12,506 nucleotides of DNA from Octopus sinensis (Eukaryota), in NCBI RefSeq assembly GCF_006345805.1, contig NW_021826569.1:1-12506 (forward strand). Direction: 5' to 3'. Shown piece after piece: positions 1 through 9,691 of the stretch. The position numbers and the translations under genes were made by a program. Positions within the stretch are counted from its first letter, which is position 1, and each line of letters opens with the position of its first letter. The notes under the pieces are model-generated. The model made no database searches. It was not told the DNA's origin and worked only from the letters and a program-made list of their open reading frames with translations.

Positions 1-24
1 TACATGCATGCATACGTTACAAAG

Positions 25-68
25 CTGTCTGAGCCATTCCGCATCGTGCGTTCCGTCCCTCAAGGGTG

Positions 69-100
<32 letters not shown>

Positions 101-1251
101 ATCTCCTCCCTTCTGTACGTACTGACTATTGAACCATTTACTGCGGAAGCTGGGGGCGTTGATGGGTGTCTCGCGTGATCTAGTATCTGAGAGAAATGTA
201 TCTGCTTACGCTGATGATGTCACCGTCATAGTGTCGAGCCACAGGCATATAGACCTGACAGTCGAAACACTACAGGAATATGAAGCGAAAACAGGAGCAA
301 AAATGAACCCGGAAAAGTCAGTGGACTTGCAGCTCGGCACATGGAGAGGCAAGGCCATGCGGTCCAACAGCGTCATGCCGCGCTGGACAGACGGTCCCAA
401 CAAGTTGCTCGGAGTCTGGTTTGGACCGGACGTCCAAGTGGAGAAGAACTGGGACGAAAAGTGACGAGAAGGGTAGCCAATCTCACCCAGAAATAGACCA
501 AGAGGAAGCTGTACCTGAAAGATTGGGCGGAGGTGACGAACGCGTACATGGCACCCATCATCTCCTACCGCTTCACTGTCGTCCCTTGTCCCGTTTCCTG
601 GTTGACCAGCTTGTGCGCTTACTCTTCCGTTTTCTGTGGAAGATGCGCATTTCACTGGTCAGGCGCTCTATCTGTTGTCAATAGCTGCTGAGTGGAGGAG
701 TGGGCATGCCCTGGTTACTGATGCGCAGACGTGCGCTGAGGTTGCGTCATCTCCAGCCTTTCCTTGACGGTGAGCAGGTGTGATCACCGTTTGTAAGAGG
801 CACTTTTCCACAGCTCGTCTTTTTGACTGAGCGGCAATCCTGGACTGGGCGTAGTCCGAAGAAGGGCGCTTGGCATATTGAGTGCCGTCAAGCACTCACA
901 GTCCTCCACCAGGAGGCAATACGGTCGGTAATACTTCCACTCTAAATTTCTAAAGAGTGCTAGTGAAGGGAAAGTGCGACGACGTCCTCAGGGAAACTCT
1001 GGGTGTCGATGAAGATCAACTAACCGATCTGGTTTCGCAGCTTTCGGGCCTGAGCCTATGGATAACTTCAAGAAATCCCTTGCCTGACAGTGCTACCGAG
1101 GGGCGCTGACTGTTTGGGATAAAATTTATAGGCACGGAAATGCCGTCAGCCGGGCCCACGTGAGGTGCGCCCAGAAAGGTGAAACTGTTCTGCACACCCT
1201 AGTCCAGTGCCCGAGTATTGCTGACCGGTGGGTTTATGTCGAACACCTACT
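25..1251 (+). mobile_element. Decayed L1/Tx1-like non-LTR retrotransposon ORF2 fragment (RT core to C-terminal zinc-knuckle), truncated at both ends
   Basis: Translation across frameshifts: LSEPFRIVRSVPQGC (25-69), LLYVLTIEP/LLRKL (110-152), SAYADDVTVIV (YADD 207-218), GAKMNPEKS, LLGVWFG, LFRFLWK, GGVGMP (694-711), RCAQKGETVLHTLVQCP (1163-1213). Stops at 462-464 and 682-684 plus several frameshifts make it non-functional. Clade call rests on recalled motif patterns. Confidence 0.85.
69..104. repeat. (CT)13 microsatellite followed by CTCTAT variants, inside the LINE RT QGC-PLSP motif
   Basis: Pure CT dinucleotide run 69-94, then ATCTCTATCT. Confidence 0.95.
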
Positions 1252-1289
1252 GCACACACATCTCCACTGTCAAAGCATATCTGATCAAC

Positions 1290-1353
1290 AAAAAGCAATA
1301 AAATCGCACGGTCAGTATTTTGGGCATTCAGAATTGCTTCTTACAGCTTTGTA
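1290..1353 (-). mobile_element. 64-bp fragment of a Tc1 transposase C-terminus and 3' flank
   Basis: Ungapped 53/64 match (counted by hand) to 4806-4869. Minus strand reads KAVRSNSECPKY*, versus KAVLSNFGFPKY* in the larger Tc1 remnant. Confidence 0.75.
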
Positions 1354-1505
1354 CAGATACTCACATACATACACACATACACACAAACAGATACATACAT
1401 ACATACATACATACGTACATACATTTATTCAAATACACATACATTCATACATACAAGAATACATACTTAAACAGATACACGTACACATACGTAGATACAT
1501 ACATG

Positions 1506-1553
<48 letters not shown>

Positions 1554-1890
1554 TACATAGATACAGTCATAGATTCATACAGACATAGATGAATGCATAC
1601 ATACATGCAAGCATACCTCCATACATGCACAAATTCGTGCACACATATATACACATTAACACACATTCACACCTTCATTCATGTATACATACATATATAT
1701 ACACACACATGCATACATACATACGTGCATACATACACACATACATACATATATACATGTGTGTATGTGTGTATTTGTTTACGTACATATGTATGTGTAC
1801 ATATGTATAAATGTATGCGTGTATCTATGCATGTGTGTATGTATGTACAAACATTCATACATACCCACAAGCATACGCACATACATACAT
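1354..1890. repeat. Imperfect (TACA/CA/TA)n compound microsatellite, including (AT)17 at 1511-1545
   Basis: Direct inspection; contains an inverted (TGTA) island at about 1757-1847. Confidence 0.95.
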
Positions 1891-2155
1891 GGTGGCTGCC
1901 CCCTCGTTATCGAGTATGGCCATTGCGCAAAAGCTTAATCAATGTTGTTATCGTGCAATGCCTGTGCAAGAAGTTTTTTAATGTAAGGAAAGGCTGTGCA
2001 CTGAGTCAATCCCACTCACTAAGCGACAGCAGCCATAATCCGAAAAGAAGAACAAGTGAACATCATCGGTAACCACTGAGCCGCAGGTTTTATGTCGGAC
2101 TTATCCCAGTTACCTGAGTTACCTTCTCCTAGAAGGATGCCCTAACAAAGGCACA
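1891..2155 (-). mobile_element. Short RTE-derived non-autonomous retroelement (RTE-type 3' end abutting an ATGT array)
   Basis: Minus strand has CTAGGAGAAGG (2122-2132), which I recall from RTE 5' UTRs. It ends ...GCCATACTCGATAACGAGGGGGCAGCCACC-(ATGT)n, and its terminal 34 columns align 24/34 with the end of the 6031 element. No intact ORF. Confidence 0.4.
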
Positions 2156-4245
2156 ACAAATACACACACAGACACATATATACACATACACATGCTTATA
2201 TAAATACATGCATACACACATACATACATATATACATGCACACATACATACACACATACAAACGTACACATATTCGTACATACATACATACATACATACA
2301 CACATACATACACACATTCATACATACCCATATATAGGTATATACATATACACATATATATATAACATGCATACATACACTAATATACACATACACTCAT
2401 ACGCACAAACATGCATACAAAATAAGCACATACATTCATGCATACCTATATAAAAACATACATAAAAACATACACACATATATATATATATATATATACA
2501 TGCACACATGTGTTGCACATATACATACATATTCACGTACATATATGTGTGCATGTATTTGAGTGTTTGGATATCTATGTGTGTGTATGTGTGCATGAAT
2601 GCATGTATGTGAATATGTATGTATATGTGTATCTGCGTATGATTGTATAGGTATGTATATATGTAAGTATGTATTTAACACACATAGACACACACAAACA
2701 TTATACACACATACATACATACACATATGCCCACAGACATATACACATCCGTACATACATACATACACACACATAGAGTCACATACATACACACATACTT
2801 ACACACATATATACACACTTACACGCATACATTCATACACACATGCACACTGATATACACACACACATACAATATTACACACATACTTACATACACCCAC
2901 ATTCGCACATACACACACATACATTCATACAGACATACAAATGCGCATACCTAAATACATACATACACACATGCATACACACATATAAACATACATATAC
3001 ATACACATGTGTTTACATAATTCCATACTTAATCACATACGTACAAACACACATAGACATGCACATACACACAAACATACACGCATCCATACATAAATAC
3101 ATACATATCCACATTCATATGTATGTATGTATGCGTTTTTGTATCTTTGTATATATTTATGTATGTATATATGTATGTGTGTATGTATGTATTTATGCGT
3201 ACACATGTATGCAGACAGACAAACTTGTGAACTTAAACACATAATATACACGCACACACATATACACGCATGCACACACATATACACGCATGCACCCATA
3301 TATACATTCACATATACTTACATACACCTGCAAATCAATATGCACATTTATACACATACACACATGCATAATTACACAGATACATACACACATATATACA
3401 CGAACACTCAAAAATACACACATACACACTTACTTAATACACATATAACACTTACATACATACACATACACATAATACGCACATACATACACACTTACAT
3501 ACACATATTCATGCTGCACACATACATACAATGATACACACGCATATACATATATAGACAAATAAGTACATACACACATGCATACATACATAAATATATA
3601 CACACAGACATACGTACGCAGATACATAGACACATACATAAAACCATACATATAAACATGCATGCATAAACACAATCATACATATATACATACATACGTA
3701 CACGCATATACATGTACATACATGCATACATACATACACATACATATGCACGTAGATGCATACATACGTGCATACATAGGCACCTACATGCAAGTATGCA
3801 TCTTTACCTATATACATACACGCATGGAATATGTACACATACACACATACATACTTACATAAATACATACATCAGTACACGCACATACATGCATGCATAC
3901 GGACGTACATACACACGTAGAAACACACATACACATATACGAAGATACATGCATGCATGCGAGCATATATATATACATACACACATACATATATACATGC
4001 ATGCATACATTGCAAACCTACACACATACTTGTTGCATACAAAATATACATGCATGGATGTGTACATACATACATACAGTACATACTAACACACATACCT
4101 ACACACGTAAATCCATACATACATAGGTTCATACTCACAAACATACAACATACTTAGACACCAACACGCATACGTATATACATACATACATACTCACATA
4201 CGTATATAGATACATACACACATATACGTTTATACAGTCACATAT
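2156..4245. repeat. About 2.1-kb imperfect (TACA/CA/TA)n array
   Basis: Direct inspection. Inverted islands at about 2544-2675 and 3118-3213; perfect 20-bp tandem duplication 3252-3291; 12-bp duplication 2450-2473. Confidence 0.95.
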
Positions 4246-4269
4246 TTATGTCTTTTCAATTGTTTGAGT

Positions 4270-4500
4270 CATGGAATTGCGATTTCCAACATTTTATCTC
4301 CTAATTCATTCCTAATATCCTCAAACACTCTTTAGAACTGGCTGCGTGAGAATCTATACGACTTCCTCTAATTTGACCACTCCACAACTAAAGTGTTCTT
4401 CGTCACTCAATCCTTGTTTAGTACTCTCTCATCTATATATAGCTGCAGCACAGTTTCCCTTTGTTTTCTTTCTACATCCTTCTTTCGCTTTTGACACTAA
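4270..4500 (-). pseudogene. Possible Tc1 transposase N-terminal (HTH region) remnant
   Basis: Minus-strand pieces QKRKKDVERKQRETVLQLYIDE, SRIDSHAASSKE and EDIRNELGDKMLEI loosely resemble Tc1 N-termini. Several stops and frameshifts; weak. Confidence 0.3.
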
Positions 4501-4827
4501 ATCCACATTTTCCAAACAATTGCAGTGGCGTCATCGAACTTAAGAACCCTAATTTACTAATGTTCAACCGACATTTCTTTTATATATTCAACTTGTAAAT
4601 CTTGAATTAATTATATATCTAAATAAAGAAACTCTTACGAGCTTTATTAGGGTATACAGCTTTACAGAGTAAAATCAATATGTTAATTTTAGATTAAAAA
4701 TAAATCATAATTATCCTAAATTAGAGTACCATTTAACTTAAGGTCAACAGGTAACATTTCATATTTTGTTGTTGTTTTGCTTTTAAAATTCATTCTGAAA
4801 TCCCTAAAAAGCAATAAAATCACAGAG

Positions 4828-5460
4828 TCAGTATTTTGGGAACCCAAAATTACTTAATACAGCTTTGCATCTGCGAAACATAGAAATGTTTAGATCATTT
4901 ATCACTGTTGCGCAGATTTTTTCCCACTTTCGGCTAATAACGTTTTTAAAAAATTCTCCTTCTTTTTGTCCTTATTCTTTCTCTTAATACTTTTCACAGT
5001 TCTACCCAACCATTCTCAAGGATTTTCGATGGGTTTCAGCTCGGGTGACGACGCTGGTCACTATATCAACCGAAATCTCTTAGGTATAATGTAATTTCTG
5101 AGTAGGTACGAGGTGACATTCGGGTGGTTGTCATGATGGAAAGTCTAAATGCTTTCGGGCGTATGGAAGCATAGTATTATTCAATATTTCTAGATAGGAC
5201 TTACTATCCATTCGGATTATAGAACTGACGTCTTTTCCCGACATACACACTTACATTATCACACTTTCGCCAGAGTGCCTAATTGAAGGTTGGATGCATT
5301 TTGGATGGAATTCTTCGACTATACGCCTTCTTACATACTTCCTGCCATCTCTGCCGATCAAGTTGAACTTTGATTCGTCCGACCACAACACATTCGTCCA
5401 ATCTGCTGGACTCCATTTCAAATGTTCTTTAACGGGCAAATCCTTTTTATCAAATGCACC
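4828..5460 (-). pseudogene. Tc1-family DD34E transposase remnant (catalytic domain to C-terminus)
   Basis: WTNVLWSDESKFNLIGRDGRKYVRR (D at 5377-5379), HHDNHPN (D at 5130-5132), SSPELKPIEN (E at 5025-5027; exactly 34 codons between D and E), C-terminal WEKI...SMFRRCKAVLSNFGFPKY* (stop 4828-4830). In-frame stops and frameshifts; 5' part replaced by microsatellite. Confidence 0.92.
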
Positions 5461-5957
5461 TATACACACATACATGCATAGACACACATACATACAGACA
5501 TACAGACATTCTTACATACATACATAAAACATATATACATACATACATACACACATACTCATATACATACATACACACATACATACACACATACAAACAT
5601 ACACACATACATACACACATACAAACATACACACATACATACATACAAACATACACACATACATACATACAAACATACACACATACATACATACAAACAT
5701 ACATACATGTGTGTATGTATGTACGTGTAAATGTACTTATGTATGCACGTTTGTGTATATATATCTATACGTGTCCGTATATAAATATCTGTGTGCATAT
5801 ATATATATGTGTATATATATCTATTTGTGTATGTACATAAATTCATACATACATACATTCATATATACATTCAATTATGCATACATGCATACATATATAC
5901 ATACATACATACATACATACATACATACATACATACATACATACATGCATACATATA

Positions 5958-5991
<34 letters not shown>

Positions 5992-6030
5992 CATACATAC
6001 ATACATACATACATACATACATACATACAT
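5461..6030. repeat. (TACA)n array with 24-bp and 60-bp higher-order units and an inverted island (5708-5834)
   Basis: AAAC variant recurs at 5623, 5647, 5671 and 5695 (24-bp period); 5881-5940 and 5941-6000 are 59/60 identical. Confidence 0.95.
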
Positions 6031-6525
6031 GGTGGTTGTCTACACCTTATACAGAGTTTGACCACCTTCTTACCGACACCTTAGCACCATTATGGTTCCT
6101 GATGTAGCTTTTCAAACGAAAGAATATTCTGAAAAGACACCCACATAGATTGCTCCTCAAATTTGGGCCACCAAGACCTGCAGATAAATTCTGCTGTTTC
6201 TAGGTCTTAAAATGTCGCTTGAGGCCTCCGTTGGATTTGCAAACTTCATACGTTCGTCAGGGGATCATTCGATACCTTCACCCCAATATTTGTTTTGTCT
6301 CTCCTTGCATCATCACCCCATTTTCTTAACCTTATATGGTTAATAAAGAAATTGACAGTTCAGGAGTACATGCGCCATTTCACGAGTCTTATTTTGCATC
6401 CAGCAGAGTGTCCAACAACATCCTCGTCACCAAGCAAGCCTGGTGGGGTTTCCATTTTAATCGCCGACGGCACGATCATGAATCATGTTGTACTGGGTTA
6501 CATGTTCCCAGTAGTACTCAAGAGC
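6031..6525 (-). mobile_element. 3' end of an RTE-type LINE with two degenerate C2H2-like zinc fingers
   Basis: One minus frame from 6241 reads CKSNGGLKRHFKT*...NLCGCLFRIFFRLKSYIRNH...SNSV*. Upstream is IRLVKWRM (DR.KWR-like). It ends ...GACAACCACC followed directly by (ATGT)n. Confidence 0.5.
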
Positions 6526-6578
6526 GACATGCATACATACATACTTAAAGACATACAGACAGACAGATGGCCGTCCAT

Positions 6579-7029
6579 GAACATGTATCATACATCAAAA
6601 TGAATCTGGTCCTCAAAAGCAATGGTCTACCTTCGAATGACTGCATGTATCCCCGCCCGTGAAATTCCGTTGAGTGTTCTTTGAGCCATTTCTTCATTAC
6701 CTCCACACAAATCAGATTTAGCACTTCAGACTATAATCTCTTCGGCGCAACAAAAGAGGGTTTGAGAGGCAAACATTATACCAGTGACGAGGAAGTAAGT
6801 AATGTGGTGAAGAAGTGGCTCAAAGAACATTCAACAGAATTTTAAAGGGCAGGAATACATGCTCTCATTCGAAGAAGGAACATTGCTTTTGAGAGAAACG
6901 GTAACTATATTAAAGAGTGGGGATGTGATCCACTGGGGCCAAGATTCATTTTGATGTATGATACATGTTCCTGTGTTGGTAATTATACCTTTCCTAAACA
7001 AAATGGCATTAGTTTTTGACTACCCCTCG
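6579..7029 (+). mobile_element. Mariner-derived fold-back (MITE-like) element built from the transposase 3' end
   Basis: Plus strand from about 6703 reads PHKSDLA/SDYNLFGATKEGLRGKHYTSDEEVSNVVKKWLKEHSTEF*RAGIHALIRRRNIAFERNGNYI (mariner SPDLAPSDY..W region). TIR-like end GGCATTAGTTTTTGACTACCCCTCG (7005-7029). 6579-6696 is an inverted copy of 6808-6970. Confidence 0.88.
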
Positions 7030-7584
7030 CACATACATACATACATAAGTACGTACACACATACCCACATACATACATATATACATACAAACATATATAC
7101 ACACATACATATACACGTGCATACATACGTACATACACACACACTTATGCATACATACATTCATACATACACAAATACATGTACATATACAGATATAAAT
7201 ACATACATATACATATATATACACATACATATATACACATATACATACATATATTCGCACTTACATATATAAAACATACTTGCATACATACACACATAAA
7301 TACATAGTCAACACACATACACACATACTTACATACACACATACGCACATGCATGCATAGAAACACATACATACAAACTCACATACATATATAAAACATA
7401 TATACATACATACATAAACACATACTCACATACATACATACATACACACATACATACACATATACACACATAAATACACACATTACATACATACATAAAT
7501 ACATACATACATACATGTATACATGTATACATACATACATACATGTAGACATACATTCATACATACATACATACACACATACAT
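7030..7584. repeat. Imperfect (TACA/CA/TA)n array
   Basis: Direct inspection. Confidence 0.95.
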
Positions 7585-8931
7585 ATCTGGTGGGCAATGT
7601 GGAAATTGGAGATTGACGAATGGTTAATAAGGGCTGTACAGGCCCTATGCCGAGAGGCCGTTAGTAAGGTTAGGATTAGCAACGAGTATCGTAAAGAATT
7701 CCGGGTAGAAGTAGGGATCCACCAAGGTTCAGGCCTCAGTCCCTTTTATTCATCATTGTCCTCTAGGCAATAACAGAGGAATTCAAGACAGGTTGCCCCT
7801 GGGAGCTCCTCTATGCTGATGACCTGGCCCTCATAGCAGAATCACTACCGGAACTAGAAAAGAAATTTCGGCTGTGGAAGCAAGGTTTCGAATCAAAACA
7901 CCTTAGAGTCAATGTATCAAAGACTAAAGTTCTACTAAGTAGGAAGGCGACCTCATCACCCCCTCCTCAATCTGTAGAAAAGGTGTAGGTAGAAACTCCA
8001 TAAGATGTACCCAATGTAAGCTATGGATGCATAAGGGGTGCAGCAACATCAGAGGAAAATTAACCGAGATGATAGCTTTTGTGTGCGGCAGATGCACAGG
8101 GCCAATAGACACCACAGATACTCAGAAAACAGATTCCATCACACTTCAGGGAGAGAAACTAGAAGTAGTTGATAGTTTCCACTACCTAGGTGACCAAGTT
8201 AGTAGTGGAGGTGGATTCTCATAGAGCGTCACCACTAGAATACAAATAGCCTGGGCAAAGTTCAGAAAGCTTCTACCCCTACTAGTGACAAAGGGTCTCT
8301 CGCTCAGAGTGAATGGTAGATTGTACGACACATGTGTGTGAACTACAATGCTTCACGGTAGTGAAACATAGGCTGTGACTGCAGAGGACATGCATAGGCT
8401 TGAAAGAAATGAAGCTAGCATGATCCGCTGGATGTGTAATGTTAGTGTGCACACATGACAGAGTGTAAGTGTCCTGAGAGAAATACTGGACATAAGAAGC
8501 ATTGGATGTGGCGTGCAAAAGAGACATTTGCACTGGTATGGTCATGTACTACAGATGGATGAGGAGAGATGTGTGAAGAAATGCCACTCCCAAACAGTTG
8601 AAGGAATCCAGGGTAGAGGTAGACCCAGGAATACATGGGATGTGGTGGTCAAGCATGACCTTCGAATGTTGGGCCTCACAGAGGCAATGACGAAATACCA
8701 AGAACTCTGGAGGTATGCTGTGACTGTGAAAACCCGACAAATAATGTGAGTTCATGGCTGTCTCCTGCACCAGCTTCACGTAGCAGCCCCAGCCCATCCA
8801 AAGTACCTTGGATCACAGGATGGCCTGTTGTGCTTATCTTGTAGGGTGGCCTACTGTGCTTGACGAGACCTATTGAGTCAAGTACATCAATATGAAATAA
8901 AAATCAAATGGAAATTGTAGTTGTGATACCT

Positions 8932-9085
8932 GTGCTGGTGTCACGTAGAAAGCACCATCCGAACGTGGCCGATGCCAGCGCCGCCTTGATTGGCTTCCGT
9001 GCCGGTGGCACATAAAAAGCACCAGCTGATCGTGGCCATTGCCAGCCTCGCCTGGTGCCTGTGCCGGTGGCACATAAAAAGCACC
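8932..9085 (+). repeat. Three tandem 62-67-bp units in the LINE 3' UTR, core GTGCCGGTGGCACATAAAAAGCACC
   Basis: Cores start at 8932 (diverged), 8999 and 9061 (identical 25-mers). The intervening sequences are also related (CGTGGCC..TGCCAGC). Confidence 0.9.
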
Positions 9086-9236
9086 CACTACATTCACGGA
9101 GTTGTTGGTGTTAGGAAGGGCATCTAGCTGTAGAAACACTGCCAGATCAGACTGGAGCCTGGTGCAGCCGCCTGGTTTCTCAGACCCCAGTCGAACCGTC
9201 CAACCCATGCTAGCATGGAAAACGGACGTTGAACAA

Positions 9237-9272
9237 TGATGATGATGATGACGGTGATGATGATGATGACGG
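9237..9272 (+). repeat. LINE 3' tail, (TGATGATGATGATGACGG)2
   Basis: Perfect 18-bp tandem at 9237-9254 and 9255-9272. Confidence 0.95.
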
Positions 9273-9325
9273 AAACAAAGGGTTAGGTATCAATTATTCA
9301 ATGAATTATGCAATATAAATGGGTA

Positions 9326-9691
9326 TTTGTAGCATATTAGGAGGCCAGGGTAGTTGATTCCATGCAAAAAATCCGATTTTTTTTCTTAGTGAAAATTGTG
9401 TGAGCTTTATCTAAAAATTTGCCTGGAGTGTTTCATGGTAAATTTGAGAGTAAAAAAAAAAATGTTTTCCATATTCTTAATCTCCGTGTTTTTCCACGTA
9501 CATTGAAAAATAGATGGTGAAAAGATCAATGGGTAAGGGTGTGAAATTTCAGAAGCTTCCACCACACCACACCCTGTTTTTTGGACCACAAAAAGGGTTT
9601 TGTAGCATATTAGGTGGCCATGGTAGTTGATTCCAAGCAAAAATCCAATTTTTTTTACTTAGTGAAAATTGTGCAAGTGTTAATCTAAAAA
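9326..9691. repeat. About 92-bp direct repeat pair (9326-9417 and 9599-9691), 273-bp period
   Basis: Both copies read TTTGTAGCATATTAGG(A/T)GGCCA(G/T)GGTAGTTGATTCCA..CTTAGTGAAAATTGTG..ATCTAAAAA. Confidence 0.9.

Larger units (their letters stand above)
7585..9272 (+). mobile_element. 5'-truncated RTE/RTEX-like LINE: decayed RT, PHD-like insert, C-terminus, 3' UTR and (GAT)n tail
   Basis: IWWAMWKL..VGIHQGSGLSP (frameshift near 7743), LLYADDLALIA (YADD 7812-7823), LRVNVSKTK, VVDSFHYLGDQV, AWAKFRKLLPLL, MLHGSET, HWYGHVLQM, GRGRPRNTW, stop 8747-8749. About 490-bp 3' UTR, then a GAT-rich tail 9237-9272. Multiple stops. Confidence 0.92.

Noticed and set aside
206-895. Minus-strand ORFs 206-655, 373-561 and 668-895
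   Set aside because: Antisense shadows of the LINE RT frame with no recognisable motifs.
18-1353. 11-bp inverted match TACAAAGCTGT (18-28) / ACAGCTTTGTA (1343-1353), suggesting TIRs around the LINE fragment
   Set aside because: The right copy is Tc1 C-terminal coding sequence (KAV), not a TIR. The match does not extend, and 11-bp inverted matches are expected by chance in 12.5 kb.
7585-7593. Third array-TGGTGG junction resembling those at 1890 and 6030
   Set aside because: Here TGGTGG is the Trp-Trp codon pair of the plus-strand RT frame, and the following sequence is unrelated.
1320-7597. Dozens of 60-160 aa ORFs rich in H/T/Y/I or M/C/V/Y
   Set aside because: They are translations of (TACA/CA/TA)n arrays, which have few stop codons in several frames. 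They occur on both strands and carry no protein motif.
8932-9085. CRISPR-like array (25-bp palindromic repeats with 37-42-bp spacers)
   Set aside because: The spacers are homologous to each other, there are only three units, they sit in a eukaryotic LINE 3' UTR, and no cas genes are present.
9279-9286. Telomere-like GGGTTAGG (also GGTTAGGG at 11892)
   Set aside because: Single isolated units, not arrays.
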